A stretch of DNA of 59,839 bases. Origin: a virus. Its lineage: Duplodnaviria; Caudoviricetes. This document shows, piece by piece, positions 25,111-35,393 of this stretch (positions are counted from its first letter, which is position 1; every line of letters begins with the position of its first letter). The notes under the pieces are model-generated. The model saw nothing but the letters and a program-made list of their open reading frames with translations, did not search any database and was not told the origin of the DNA. The stretch lies in IMG/VR virus record IMGVR_UViG_3300022188_000012, positions 1 through 59,839 of that record. One strand, 5' to 3'. Made by a program: the position numbers and the translations under genes.

Positions 25111-26270
25111 GATATTGCAACTTTCTCGAACTCTACAGAAAGTACACCGAAAACACCGAAACTCCAGAGATCATCCATCTGTGGGTTGGCCTATCCACCT
25201 TAGCAGGGGCGTGCGAAAAGAGACTCTGGATCGACAGAGGGATTTTCAAGGTCTACATGAACCTCTACGTCGTCCTCGTAGGACCACCAGGCGTTGTAGC
25301 AAAAAGCACCTCGATCAACCTTGGCCGGAATATGCTCAAGAAGCTGGGGTTCAACGTCTTCGAGGATTCTGTGCTCAAAGAAAAGATCGTTCAAGAGATG
25401 TGCGAGCTAGAAAAGGCTGTTGAAGTTGATGGGAAGCCATTCTACCATTCCTCAATAACCTACATCGCTAGTGAGCTGAACGTCCTTCTCGCGTCTGGGG
25501 TGGACATGATCAAATTCCTCGTGAACATCTGGGACAAGGACGATCTGTTCACGTACAAAACGAAGAATTCGGGCATTTATGAGATAAACAACCCTTATTT
25601 TAACTTGATCGGCGCCGCCGTCCCTGAATGGTTTGGGTCCAACGTCATCGCTGACATGAACTCCACTGGATTCCTGGCCCGCTTGATCATTGTGTATGAG
25701 GATCAAAAAAGGAAAAAGGTCCCCGATCCCACTCCAACCCAAGAACAACTCGAAGCAAAGCGTGAGGCAATGAGGATCTTAGGCGAGGTCGGCTCCATGT
25801 GTGGGCCGCTCACTTTCACTCAGGATGCCACCGATTTCTATAACGACTGGTATCAAAAGCAAGACATCGACGCCACCCAGGATTACAGAATCGTCGGCTA
25901 CCTAGAGCGCAAAGTCAAAAGCCACGTGCTCAAGATCGCTGGCCTCATGGCTATAGGAGACCTTAGAAAGGAGATCACTGTATCCGACCTTGAACGCGCA
26001 ATCTACATCCTGGACAAGATCGAGCCCAGGATGAGAACGGCTATCCTCCTTTCGGGGGCGAACCGCATTGCTCCATACGTGCAAAAAGCTGTAGCCTTGT
26101 TGGATGCCCGTGGAGGAGAGATGTTGATAAAAGATGTAGTGCGAGCCTTTTACACAGAGCTCAACAAAGACCAGTTCAAAGAACTGATAGAACTTTTGGA
26201 GGATCTGGGCTATGCAGAAACAAGAGTTAGTGGAGGCAAGAAGTTCTTGGTTAGAACTTACAAACAGTAA
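25107..26270 (+). CDS. DUF3987-like P-loop protein (putative replicative helicase)
   Basis: NLYVVLVGPPGVVAKST, GFLARLI; adjacent to PolA. Confidence 0.7.
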   Translation: MRYCNFLELYRKYTENTETPEIIHLWVGLSTLAGACEKRLWIDRGIFKVYMNLYVVLVGPPGVVAKSTSINLGRNMLKKLGFNVFEDSVLKEKIVQEMCELEKAVEVDGKPFYHSSITYIASELNVLLASGVDMIKFLVNIWDKDDLFTYKTKNSGIYEINNPYFNLIGAAVPEWFGSNVIADMNSTGFLARLIIVYEDQKRKKVPDPTPTQEQLEAKREAMRILGEVGSMCGPLTFTQDATDFYNDWYQKQDIDATQDYRIVGYLERKVKSHVLKIAGLMAIGDLRKEITVSDLERAIYILDKIEPRMRTAILLSGANRIAPYVQKAVALLDARGGEMLIKDVVRAFYTELNKDQFKELIELLEDLGYAETRVSGGKKFLVRTYKQ

Positions 26271-26526
26271 AGAGGTAGCATTTTTGACATACCTGATTAA
26301 CCACAAAGGAATGCTCCAGCCCATCTTAGCTCTCGATGAAGACTATGTATCGTCCTCGGAAGTCAGAGCTATGGGAATTGGGGCAATCCATAATCCACTA
26401 ATCTTTCAAGGGCTGGTAGAGAAAAACATTGTAGGAACAACAGTGTTATGGCGTCTCACAGATAAAGGGCTCAAGCTTAAAAGAGCACTCATATCCATGA
26501 TAGAAGCCTTAAAGGAGGTAGTGTGA
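26212..26526 (+). CDS. Hypothetical protein (possible winged helix)
   Basis: LVEKNIV...WRLTDKG pattern; start uncertain. Confidence 0.55.
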   Translation: MQKQELVEARSSWLELTNSKEVAFLTYLINHKGMLQPILALDEDYVSSSEVRAMGIGAIHNPLIFQGLVEKNIVGTTVLWRLTDKGLKLKRALISMIEALKEVV

Positions 26527-26957
26527 TGGAGACTATATCATTCAGAATTCCCGCAAACCTTAAGGCCAAACTCGAACAAGAAGCACGAGACAACGGGCTG
26601 AAGCTGAGTGATTACTGCCGGCTTCTCCTGAGCCAAAACGTCATCCTCGTGCCCAACGAATGGAAGGTAATAATGTGGAACACTCTTGGGCCAGACATTA
26701 AGACTATCAACCGCTCCCTCAATACTGCAACATCAGTCGAGGACTTTTTTGCTGGAGTTCTGAAAAGGCTTAAGCGCGATGTCAAGATCCAACCAATGGT
26801 CCTCTCTAACAAGCACGAAGTTGGCATGACATTCATCATCGGAGACAAGGAATATAATGTCATCGTCAAGAGAGAGCCTCAAATAGAACAATCTATCAGC
26901 AACATGATCTTGAATCTTGAGAAAGCCATCATGGAGGGATATGATGAAGAAAATTAG
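26526..26957 (+). CDS. Ribbon-helix-helix DNA-binding protein
   Basis: TISFRIPANLKAKLEQEARDNGLKLSDYCRLLL. Confidence 0.7.
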   Translation: METISFRIPANLKAKLEQEARDNGLKLSDYCRLLLSQNVILVPNEWKVIMWNTLGPDIKTINRSLNTATSVEDFFAGVLKRLKRDVKIQPMVLSNKHEVGMTFIIGDKEYNVIVKREPQIEQSISNMILNLEKAIMEGYDEEN

Positions 26958-27390
26958 GAAGTATAACAGAGTCCTCTCCTTCGGGGCAACAGACCAACAG
27001 ATAGAGAAGCTGGAGAAGGTCTCCGAGCTCGTGGGTCAGAGCGTATCGCAGGTCGTCCGGGGGCTCATTGACAGTGCCATCCCAGACATAGACCCCAACG
27101 ACAGGTTTTGGCAAGCATGTAAGCAATCGGGAATCTTTAGAATAGACGTTCCAGCGCAAACTGTTGCAGCATTCATTGCATCTTTCCTTGAATTGCCCTT
27201 GACAGGAAATGATGAAATCAGTAATATAAAGATAAAGCAAAACCCTCCTCACGGGTTGTCACCTGTCTTGTGGGCTCTCCAGCACATAAAGGAGGAGATC
27301 TATGATAAAGGTCTATCTTTCGGGTCAGATAAACAGAGCAAATCCGAGGACACTCCAAAGGAGCAGGGAGGAGATCAACCTAGTGGCTAG
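26941..27390 (+). CDS. Ribbon-helix-helix-like protein
   Basis: VLSFGATDQQIEKLEKVSELVGQSVSQVVRGLID. Confidence 0.6.
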   Translation: MMKKIRKYNRVLSFGATDQQIEKLEKVSELVGQSVSQVVRGLIDSAIPDIDPNDRFWQACKQSGIFRIDVPAQTVAAFIASFLELPLTGNDEISNIKIKQNPPHGLSPVLWALQHIKEEIYDKGLSFGSDKQSKSEDTPKEQGGDQPSG

Positions 27391-27700
27391 GAGAATCTGT
27401 CTAGGGCGAGCAATTCCTGTAGCTCCAGCTCTCTGGTTCCTAGGGTACGAGCGCGATCCCAGGCTCCCAAAGGAGCCCTCTTGGTGGGTGGAGAACGTTT
27501 TTAAGGAATTCATGGTGACCTGCGACATCTTCTGCTACAAGCCCTCCTTGACAGGAGTCAAGGACGCAGTTTCGACGCTTGAGCACGAGTTGTGGAGAAC
27601 GCTCTTTCCTGGGAGACCCCAGGTCTCCAGTGACGTGATCCTCGACTTTCTTTTGAACAAGCAAGCAGAGGAGGTTCTCGGTGGACCCAAAGGAGTTTGA
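27302..27700 (+). CDS. DUF4406/nucleoside deoxyribosyltransferase-like fold protein
   Basis: KVYLSGQI, PVAP, CDIF, LEHE pattern. Confidence 0.5.
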   Translation: MIKVYLSGQINRANPRTLQRSREEINLVARRICLGRAIPVAPALWFLGYERDPRLPKEPSWWVENVFKEFMVTCDIFCYKPSLTGVKDAVSTLEHELWRTLFPGRPQVSSDVILDFLLNKQAEEVLGGPKGV

Positions 27701-28148
27701 AGAGAAGCTCAAGAATGACGAGTCCTTTCTTCGGCTGATCATAAGGTCTTTTTTCAAATACCAAGACCTTGAAGCGGTGGAGAAGGTCTACGCCTTGCCA
27801 GAGGGCACTTTTGACTCCATCTTTGCTCACGACCAAGAGTTCGAGACCAAATTCTCCTCAATGGTCGAAGAAGAGTTCAAGAGGATTCAGCGCGTCTACA
27901 GTTGGCCACGGATCAACGCTGCTCTTGACACTCTCTCAGCCCTCATGGGCTCACTTGACGATGACTCAAAGGCTGTCTCTGCGGCAACGGCCCTAGTCCG
28001 TGCTCAACAGGCTCTCCTAGAGTTCACGTCCGCAAGAGAAGGCGATGAGGACGAGATCGACCGCATCTGGAAGGAATTAGAAGATGAAGCTAGACAAAAG
28101 GAAAATTCTAAAAACAGTAGCAAAGCTAGAACAAGTGTACGGAAATGA
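27681..28148 (+). CDS. Putative terminase small subunit
   Basis: Helical acidic ORF immediately upstream of terminase large subunit; positional call. Confidence 0.5.
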   Translation: MDPKEFEEKLKNDESFLRLIIRSFFKYQDLEAVEKVYALPEGTFDSIFAHDQEFETKFSSMVEEEFKRIQRVYSWPRINAALDTLSALMGSLDDDSKAVSAATALVRAQQALLEFTSAREGDEDEIDRIWKELEDEARQKENSKNSSKARTSVRK

Positions 28149-29562
28149 TCCTGTAGGGTGGATCAACAAGTTCATCAACTTTGATGGCCTTAAGCTCGAC
28201 AAGTTAACCTGGCAACAAGAAGAGATCGCCACCTCCCTCGTTGAGCATAAGAACATAGCTGTATCAGCAGGAGGCGGAATAGGGAAGACCGCCCTCATGG
28301 CTATGCTCATCCAATGGTTCCTTATAACGCATCCCCTTGCAAAGATTCCAACAACAGCCCCTACTGCGAAGCAGCTCCACGACATCTTATGGTCCGAGGT
28401 CTCTCTATGGCTGAAAAGGAACAGGCTGAGGGACATGTATGAAACTCGGAAGGGGCGGCTCTTCATCAAAGGCTTCCCTGAATGGTACGCTGTAGCAAGG
28501 ACGGTCAGCAAGGACACTCACGAGCTCAACGACACCCTCGCTGGGTTTCATGCCCGGCACTTGCTCATAATTGTTGACGAGAGTTCAGGTGTGCCCGACC
28601 CTGTTTTTACTGCTCTCACAGGAGCGATGACTGATAAGAACTCCTACATCGTCCTCATCTCCAACCCCGTGTCTACGGGAGGGTTCTACTACGATACAAT
28701 AACTGATCCAGAAGGAAAGGGCAAGAACTTCAAAGTTCTGTTTTATTCAGCAAAAGATTCCCCTCTCGTTGACCCCACATTCGAGGAGTTCATCATAACT
28801 CGCTACGGCAAAGATTCCCCGATGTACAAGGCTAAGGTCTTGGGGCTTCCTATTGGAGAATATGACAGTGTTGTCGTCCCCCCAGATGTCTTCGATGAAG
28901 TTGTCAACGCGAACAAAGGATTTGACACGGGAGCTTACGTCCTCAGCGTTGATGTTGGTGGGTCTGGACCTGACGCCACGGTCTTTTGCTACCGTTGTGG
29001 AAGATCATTCTACAAGTGGGAAACCTTTGACAAGACCGATCCAACCTATGTAAGCGACCTTATAATCTCCAGGTGGCAAACCGACTTCCAGGGCAAGCCC
29101 TTCACTTGCGTAGTGGATGCTCACGGAATAGGAGCCGGGGTTTACTCCAATCTCACAAAAGCTAACAAATTCCCTGTGATTGGCTTCATTGGTCCCCAGA
29201 AGGCTTTCCATCAGGAGATGTTCCAGGATAAAAGAGCAGAAGGGTTCTATCATCTGCATAAGAACTTCAAGGATTTCCAATTTCCTGTCCCTCCTCCACA
29301 GAGGCTCAAGAAAGAGCTTGCAAACCTCAAGTTCGACTACTCTGCAGGCCCGATCAAAATGGAAGATAAGCGATCTTTCAAGAAAAGGCTCGGTTTCTCT
29401 CCTGATTACGCTGACGCCATGATGATGTCATGTGCTGTTGAGAACTTTACGGCTCTTTCTGCTTCAAGAAAAGTTTCAAAAAGGGCTGTGTCCATTCTTT
29501 CAGCCCTCCGTCAGAGATCGAGAGAAACGAAATACGGAAAATTTGGAAAATTTGTCCAATAA
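28084..29562 (+). CDS. terL: Terminase large subunit
   Basis: GGGIGKT, TAPT, IIVDESSG, ISNP, VDVG, SPDYADA. Confidence 0.92.
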   Translation: MKLDKRKILKTVAKLEQVYGNDPVGWINKFINFDGLKLDKLTWQQEEIATSLVEHKNIAVSAGGGIGKTALMAMLIQWFLITHPLAKIPTTAPTAKQLHDILWSEVSLWLKRNRLRDMYETRKGRLFIKGFPEWYAVARTVSKDTHELNDTLAGFHARHLLIIVDESSGVPDPVFTALTGAMTDKNSYIVLISNPVSTGGFYYDTITDPEGKGKNFKVLFYSAKDSPLVDPTFEEFIITRYGKDSPMYKAKVLGLPIGEYDSVVVPPDVFDEVVNANKGFDTGAYVLSVDVGGSGPDATVFCYRCGRSFYKWETFDKTDPTYVSDLIISRWQTDFQGKPFTCVVDAHGIGAGVYSNLTKANKFPVIGFIGPQKAFHQEMFQDKRAEGFYHLHKNFKDFQFPVPPPQRLKKELANLKFDYSAGPIKMEDKRSFKKRLGFSPDYADAMMMSCAVENFTALSASRKVSKRAVSILSALRQRSRETKYGKFGKFVQ

Positions 29563-29576
29563 CCCCTTTCCCTCTC

Positions 29577-29605
29577 TTGACAACTCACCATATTTATGTT
29601 AGCCT
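29577..29605 (+). promoter_or_regulatory. Promoter TTGACA-N17-TAGCCT upstream of portal
   Basis: Perfect -35, TG extension, intergenic. Confidence 0.5.
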
Positions 29606-29647
29606 CCAAACAAGGAATAATCCATTCGTACTTGTCTGGAGGCAAAT

Positions 29648-30868
29648 TTGGGCATCTTCAACAAAAAACGCCAACCGTCGAATGTCCCTCGCAAGGTCTA
29701 CGGTTCTGTAGGCTACTATGAACAGCTCAAAGGTCTCCCAGACCTTGAGTTCATGTCTGAGCTCTCCCCACCTGAAGGTCTTGAGAAGTTCCGCCGAATG
29801 GAGAGGAATGATCCGATCATCGGTGGGCTTTTGTTGCGGATACGCAACATCCTTCGCAGGATAAAAACAGATGTCATTGGTCCCCACGCCTCCTTCGTTG
29901 ACGCCCAGCTCAAACGCCTCCCACTTGATGGCATCATCATGGAGATGTCATCTGCCCTAACCTATGGGTTTTATATCGGTGAGATGATCTGGACTGTTGA
30001 GGACGGTCGGGTCGTTCTCACCGATATTGAGCCCAGATTTCAGACTTCAATTCGCAGGATCGACAGAAAAGGCAACGTTGTTGAGCAGCAAGCTCAAGAT
30101 GGAGTTAAGGAAATCCCTTACACGAAATGCCTCCATCATATTTTCGTGGACGAAAACAGAAGTCCTTTTGGGGTTTCCCTCCTGCGCCATCTCTATAAAC
30201 CTTATTACTACAAGGTCTCCTGTGAAGCGGCTGAAGCTGTTGGAGTTGATAGGGATCTCAGTGGGCTCCCTGTGTTGACTGCCCCTGAAGGGTTTGATTT
30301 TACGAGAGCAGACTCCGATCTCCCTGATTATGATGAGTCTGTTGCTGAGACTCTCCAGTGGGCAATGAACTTAGTGTCGGACATTCGCAAGGACTCGCAG
30401 CAAGGAGTCGTTCTACCATTTGGGTGGCAACTTGAGCTCATCCGTGGTGCAGGGAACTCCACAATCGACACTACCACGATTATTCAGCGGTACAACACAG
30501 AGATGGCAGCGGGACTCCTAGAAATGTTCATGGCTATCGGTCAGGGGGCATCAGCATCAAAAGGAAATGTTGAAGCTCATCTCAGGGACTTCATCCTGTC
30601 CTGCGACGCTTACGCGAAATCAATGCAGGACACGATTAACAACCAGCTCATCCCAAAAATCTGTGAATACAACGGGTTCACCACCTATCCCAAGGTGGAG
30701 TTCTCGACAACAAACGTGTCTGATCTAGCTGATCTGGCATCATTCGTCGCAAGACTGGTTAAGTCCGGTGTCATCACCCCGACCATTCCGATTGAGAAAG
30801 CTCTGCTAGCAATCGCTGATCTGCCGTACACCGACGATGAGAGCCAGTTCAAGGAGGTCTTAGGATAA
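29648..30868 (+). CDS. Portal protein (DUF935-like)
   Basis: 406 aa after terL; SPFGVSLLRHLYKPYYYK, RDLSGLP, NNQLIPKI. Confidence 0.85.
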   Translation: MGIFNKKRQPSNVPRKVYGSVGYYEQLKGLPDLEFMSELSPPEGLEKFRRMERNDPIIGGLLLRIRNILRRIKTDVIGPHASFVDAQLKRLPLDGIIMEMSSALTYGFYIGEMIWTVEDGRVVLTDIEPRFQTSIRRIDRKGNVVEQQAQDGVKEIPYTKCLHHIFVDENRSPFGVSLLRHLYKPYYYKVSCEAAEAVGVDRDLSGLPVLTAPEGFDFTRADSDLPDYDESVAETLQWAMNLVSDIRKDSQQGVVLPFGWQLELIRGAGNSTIDTTTIIQRYNTEMAAGLLEMFMAIGQGASASKGNVEAHLRDFILSCDAYAKSMQDTINNQLIPKICEYNGFTTYPKVEFSTTNVSDLADLASFVARLVKSGVITPTIPIEKALLAIADLPYTDDESQFKEVLG

Positions 30869-32505
30869 TGCCTCTACCAAGTCCTGAGAAAGGTGAAACG
30901 AGAAAGGATTTCATCAACCGGTGCATGAAGGATAAAAGAATGATCAAGGAGTTCAAGGACCGCTCACAAAGGTTCGCGGTTTGCAACTCTCTTTATGATA
31001 AAAAAGAAAAAGGAGCTACAATCATGGCCTTCACACACAATTCAAAGTTTGCTTCTGATGAGCCAGCCTGGAGTGAGGTCGATAAGGCTGCTCTTCCAAG
31101 GGTGGCCTTCGCAGACCAAGGGGACCCTGACAAGAAGTCCACCTGGAAGTACCCTCATCATTGGGTTAAAGGTGGGACAAAAAAGGACAAAAACGGAGTC
31201 TGGATTGACGGCACTCTCTATCTCCACCGTGGTGGCCTCAAAGCTGCATGGGCTGCTGCAAATGGGGCAAGGTCTGGACAGAAAGCATCCCAAGCCGTCA
31301 TGGACCATCTCCAGAGCCATCGCAAAGCTGTAGGAATGGGAGCCGAAGCAGCCCTGATCGAGAGCCAATGGGCGATTGATGAGAGCTGGCTCAAGGTCAT
31401 GTATGACGCAGCTACGGGAAATGGTGACATCGAGGCACTGCTGATTTTCACAGGGATAGGAGAGGAAGATGACGAACTCAATGTTATCGACAATGTAGCT
31501 GTGATAGATGTCGTTGGACCTATTTTTACCAGGGACAATCTTTTCACCATGTTCGGGATAGGGGTGTCAACTGAGACCCTAGTAAAGAAGCTCAATGCCG
31601 CTTTGGAAGATAGCAGAGTTGAGAGGATAGTCTTTTCCTTCGACTCCCCTGGTGGTCAGGTCACAGGGATAAATCCACTGGCGTTGAAGATTAAACAGGC
31701 CAATGACATCAAGCCCGTGACCGCATACGTCCACGGGTCTGCTGCATCTGGAGCTTACTGGCTGGCCTCTGCTGCTGGGGAGATCATCGGGGACTCAACA
31801 TCAATGGTCGGCTCCATCGGGGTCGTAGCCACAATGAGGAGGAAAGCTGATGACGAGATCGAGATCGTCAGCTCCGTCTCCCCGAACAAACGGCCCGATC
31901 CAGAGACAGAAGAGGGCCGAGCTGAAATCGTGAAGGTCCTTGACGCAATTGCTGATGTCTTCGTAGAGACTGTAGCTCAAAACAGAGGAGTGACAAAAGA
32001 GTACGTTCTAGATAATTTTGGGCGCGGAGGGATTGTTGTTGGACGACATGCCCTTGATGTAGGAATGATCGACAAGATCGACACGTTTGAAAATCTTATC
32101 AAAGGAGGAGAACAAATGAAGATAACCAAGGAAGTTTTGGCTAAGGAGGCCCCTGAGCTTCTAGAAGAGATTGTGAAAGAAGCAAGGGCGGAAATCGAGG
32201 CCAAGTATGCGAGCTTACAAAGGGAGGCCTTTGCTCAGAGGCTTGGGAAGGTCGTGGGTGAAGATCAGGTTAAGTTGTTGATGGAGCTCTACTCTAAGGT
32301 CGAGGAAGATAAGATCGTAGCAATCGCAGAGGAGTTCGCTAGGCTCCAGAAAGTCATTGATGACCTTGGGTCAGCAAAGGGCTCAGACGACATCCCTTCT
32401 GAGGACAGGGAGCCTACGTTGGAGGAGCTCAAGGAGATCGCTGACGCAAAAGGGATCTCTTTGACCGAAGCACGGGTTGAATACGAGAAGATGCTAAGGA
32501 GGTAA
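30868..32505 (+). CDS. S49-family head maturation protease with N-terminal accessory domains and C-terminal scaffold
   Basis: DSPGG, AASGAYWLAS, GSIGV, NKR. Confidence 0.9.
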   Translation: MPLPSPEKGETRKDFINRCMKDKRMIKEFKDRSQRFAVCNSLYDKKEKGATIMAFTHNSKFASDEPAWSEVDKAALPRVAFADQGDPDKKSTWKYPHHWVKGGTKKDKNGVWIDGTLYLHRGGLKAAWAAANGARSGQKASQAVMDHLQSHRKAVGMGAEAALIESQWAIDESWLKVMYDAATGNGDIEALLIFTGIGEEDDELNVIDNVAVIDVVGPIFTRDNLFTMFGIGVSTETLVKKLNAALEDSRVERIVFSFDSPGGQVTGINPLALKIKQANDIKPVTAYVHGSAASGAYWLASAAGEIIGDSTSMVGSIGVVATMRRKADDEIEIVSSVSPNKRPDPETEEGRAEIVKVLDAIADVFVETVAQNRGVTKEYVLDNFGRGGIVVGRHALDVGMIDKIDTFENLIKGGEQMKITKEVLAKEAPELLEEIVKEARAEIEAKYASLQREAFAQRLGKVVGEDQVKLLMELYSKVEEDKIVAIAEEFARLQKVIDDLGSAKGSDDIPSEDREPTLEELKEIADAKGISLTEARVEYEKMLRR

Positions 32506-32508
32506 GCT

Positions 32509-32865
32509 ATGGGTTTCTATGAGAAGAATGTTGTAAAGACCAGCGTGGTCAACTCTTCTTCGTCTCTTGAGGACAAAGAGGGCTTCGCTGTAAAGGTTGA
32601 CGGTACGTTGACCAGCTCAGCCGGAGATTACGTGTATGGAATCATAAGCAAAGGCCGTCCAGCTGATGAAGCCAGTGAGATCATTGTGAGTGGGGAGTGT
32701 GAGGCAGAAGTAAACGCTTCTTCTGCAATATCTGTTGGTTCTCCTCTAACTGGAGGCGCTGACGGTAGGCTTATTCTCGCGACTGTCGGTTCTCATATAA
32801 TTCGCGCTATAGCGAAGGAAGCTAAAGCGTCTGGAACAGGCAAGATCAAAGTCATACTTTACTAA
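32509..32865 (+). CDS. Capsid decoration/cement protein
   Basis: Small Gly/Ser-rich beta protein between protease and capsid. Confidence 0.65.
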   Translation: MGFYEKNVVKTSVVNSSSSLEDKEGFAVKVDGTLTSSAGDYVYGIISKGRPADEASEIIVSGECEAEVNASSAISVGSPLTGGADGRLILATVGSHIIRAIAKEAKASGTGKIKVILY

Positions 32866-32877
32866 AGGAGGTAGAAA

Positions 32878-33813
32878 ATGCCAGCTTGGTATGATCAGAT
32901 AAAACCGAAGTTTGTTGCTGGCGTAGCCAACATCTACGCCGCTGAAGCAGGGATTACTGCTTTCGACCTTTTCCCTAAGGTTAACTCTAAGCAGCTCTCA
33001 GGCTACATTGCTAAGTATAGCAAGGAGGACTGGGCGAGGATAGGCGATCTCAATGACTATAAACGCCAGGGATCATCTGAGAGTGCTGGAGACGACTACG
33101 CAGTGACCTCGCAAGCGTATACGCTTGATGAGTTCGCTTTCCACAAGGACGTTTCTAAGGATGACAGGAACGAATATGATAATCCGTTTGACCCTGTGAG
33201 GGATGCGACTAGGTTTGTCCTGCACAGGCTGAACAGGATCTTGTTGCAGAACCTTGTTTCCACACTGCTCACCAGCGGGGTATGGGGGACAGACCATGAT
33301 GAGAACGCTTCTACTTGGGACTCGAAGACCAGTGGTGAAAGCGACGTGGACCCCGTAGAGAAAGTTCTCACGTGGCATCAGGAAATCGAGAGCGTCACTG
33401 GGTTTAAGGCAAACAGGATCGTCATGTCTCCTGACGTGTACTATGCTTGTAAGCTCAACACCTATATCACCGCGAGGATGAAAACAACCTCGGATAAGGT
33501 CGTGACCACCGACCTTTTGGGGAGGTTGTTCGAGGTAGAGAAGTTGTTTGTGCTGAATGCAGTTAACTCTGACAGCGATGACTACATGTGGTCTGGTGGC
33601 TTTCTGTTGTATTACGCTCCTCCAAGGGCGTCCAAGTTCGAACCCTCAGCAGCGTACAACGTCACCTACAAGGGAAATGCCGGAAACGTGTTGACCAGGA
33701 CTATTCCGATGCCTTGGAGAAATGACTCCCTGCGCATCGAAGCGGCCTTCAAAACGAAGCCACTAGTCATCGGTGCGGATCTTGGAGTTTACGCTTACAA
33801 CTTGGTGAGCTAA
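32878..33813 (+). CDS. Major capsid protein
   Basis: 311 aa, strong RBS, position, lambda-E-like pattern. Confidence 0.8.
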   Translation: MPAWYDQIKPKFVAGVANIYAAEAGITAFDLFPKVNSKQLSGYIAKYSKEDWARIGDLNDYKRQGSSESAGDDYAVTSQAYTLDEFAFHKDVSKDDRNEYDNPFDPVRDATRFVLHRLNRILLQNLVSTLLTSGVWGTDHDENASTWDSKTSGESDVDPVEKVLTWHQEIESVTGFKANRIVMSPDVYYACKLNTYITARMKTTSDKVVTTDLLGRLFEVEKLFVLNAVNSDSDDYMWSGGFLLYYAPPRASKFEPSAAYNVTYKGNAGNVLTRTIPMPWRNDSLRIEAAFKTKPLVIGADLGVYAYNLVS

Positions 33814-33815
33814 TC

Positions 33816-34142
33816 ATGCAGGAGAACGACCTTCTACTCGAAGTAGGGAGTGAAGCCCTAAACGATCTCTCTGATGAAGAGAAGATCGCAATATTGAATA
33901 AGTATGAGAGCGGTCAGGAAACCCTGGCTGCTCTCAAGGTCTTCTCCATCCTCATGAAGAAGTTTAAGCCTACGTATAGGATGGGGAAGATGTATGAGGA
34001 CCTCTCGGCTAAGTATGAGAGGTATAGGGATATGTACAACTTGTACGCAAAAATGGTGAGAGCAGGCCGCGTAGGAGAGGACCCCGACAACATCACGAAG
34101 TATGACGTTGATAGGTGGAAATGGCCATCACAAACACGGTAG
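33816..34142 (+). CDS. Putative head-tail adaptor
   Basis: Position and size. Confidence 0.55.
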   Translation: MQENDLLLEVGSEALNDLSDEEKIAILNKYESGQETLAALKVFSILMKKFKPTYRMGKMYEDLSAKYERYRDMYNLYAKMVRAGRVGEDPDNITKYDVDRWKWPSQTR

Positions 34143-34429
34143 CGACGTTCAAGCGAAGAAGCGGGACTGGTCACGGATCTTTCACGAAAGAACTCATCGG
34201 AGAGTATGCGATCTGGCTTGAGCAGTCCTCTGTATCTACACAGAGAAGGATAGGGTCCTACGCTAACGAGCAGGATATCCCCGATGGGACGTTCTTTCTC
34301 TTTGAAGATATAGACCTCACGGACTGCTACATAAATGTAGATGGAGAGGATAGGCCGATTATCGCTTTTGACAGGTTCTTGGACAGGAATGGGGAGTTCC
34401 ACCACATCGAAGGGGCTTACAGCAAATGA
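34121..34429 (+). CDS. Putative head closure protein
   Basis: Position; C-terminal HHIE. Confidence 0.55.
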   Translation: MAITNTVATFKRRSGTGHGSFTKELIGEYAIWLEQSSVSTQRRIGSYANEQDIPDGTFFLFEDIDLTDCYINVDGEDRPIIAFDRFLDRNGEFHHIEGAYSK

Positions 34430-34959
34430 TCTCCATTGAGATAAAGCCTACTCCAGAGACAGTTAGGCTCATGAAAAATCTTGAGGGCTCCAGGGAGTTG
34501 TTAAGGCATAATCTAAGAGTGTCCATGCGCAGGAGCCTGCGAGACATCGCAGATAAAACCAGGCAGCGATTGACAGGCCCAAGACCTTCAAGGTTGGACA
34601 TCGTGACCAAGAGGCTGTACAACTCCATCGGTTTTGTTGTAGGACGATGGGAAGGAGACACTTTAGCAGGACGTGTAGGATCAGATGTCCGCCACAGAAG
34701 GTTCGTACCCTACGCTGCTGTACATGAGTTTGGATACTCGAATCCAGCACAACGAGTGAAGGCACACCAGAGAATGCAGACGCATATCTTTGGAGTTCCT
34801 GTAGCACCATTTCTGGTGGACGTTAGTAGCTATGTGAGAAAGATGAACATTCCAAGGAGAGCATACGTTTCGCCAGCAATTGAAGAGGTGACTCCTTCAT
34901 TTAGACACCTGATTGAGAGATCTGTAGTAAACGCCTTGAATGGAAAGGTAATGCAGTGA
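34426..34959 (+). CDS. Neck/tail completion protein (HK97 gp10-like)
   Basis: RLYNSI, YAAVHEFG, IPRRAYVSPA. Confidence 0.7.
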   Translation: MISIEIKPTPETVRLMKNLEGSRELLRHNLRVSMRRSLRDIADKTRQRLTGPRPSRLDIVTKRLYNSIGFVVGRWEGDTLAGRVGSDVRHRRFVPYAAVHEFGYSNPAQRVKAHQRMQTHIFGVPVAPFLVDVSSYVRKMNIPRRAYVSPAIEEVTPSFRHLIERSVVNALNGKVMQ

Positions 34960-35393
34960 GCAGGCGGGATGCAATCTTAGACAGTTTTAAGCAACTCCTC
35001 TCGACGATAACGACCGCAAACGGATACAACTGCGACGTGGCAAAGGTTGAGAGGAAAATGCTCTACTGGGACGCCGAGGAATCTTTCCCTGTGCTGATGG
35101 TCCTTGGAGGGAATGAGGAGTTTGAGGACACCCTGGGAAGCGTTGTTTACTCTACGTTGCACATACGAATAAGAGGGTATTCGCAGGACTCCACTGATCC
35201 TGAGACAGCGCTTTGCAACATCATCGCAGACGTTATCAAGGCAATTGACTCACAAGACAACCCTTACAGGAACGAGACCACATTCATAAGATTGGAGACC
35301 GACGAAGGATGGTTCAACTTCCAGGAGCAAGGATTTGGGTACTTTGATCTTGAGATCACGGTCCTCTATAGCTACGAGAAAGGGAATCCATGA
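34956..35393 (+). CDS. Tail terminator protein
   Basis: SRRDAIL...ITTANGY, acidic, position. Confidence 0.65.
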   Translation: MSRRDAILDSFKQLLSTITTANGYNCDVAKVERKMLYWDAEESFPVLMVLGGNEEFEDTLGSVVYSTLHIRIRGYSQDSTDPETALCNIIADVIKAIDSQDNPYRNETTFIRLETDEGWFNFQEQGFGYFDLEITVLYSYEKGNP

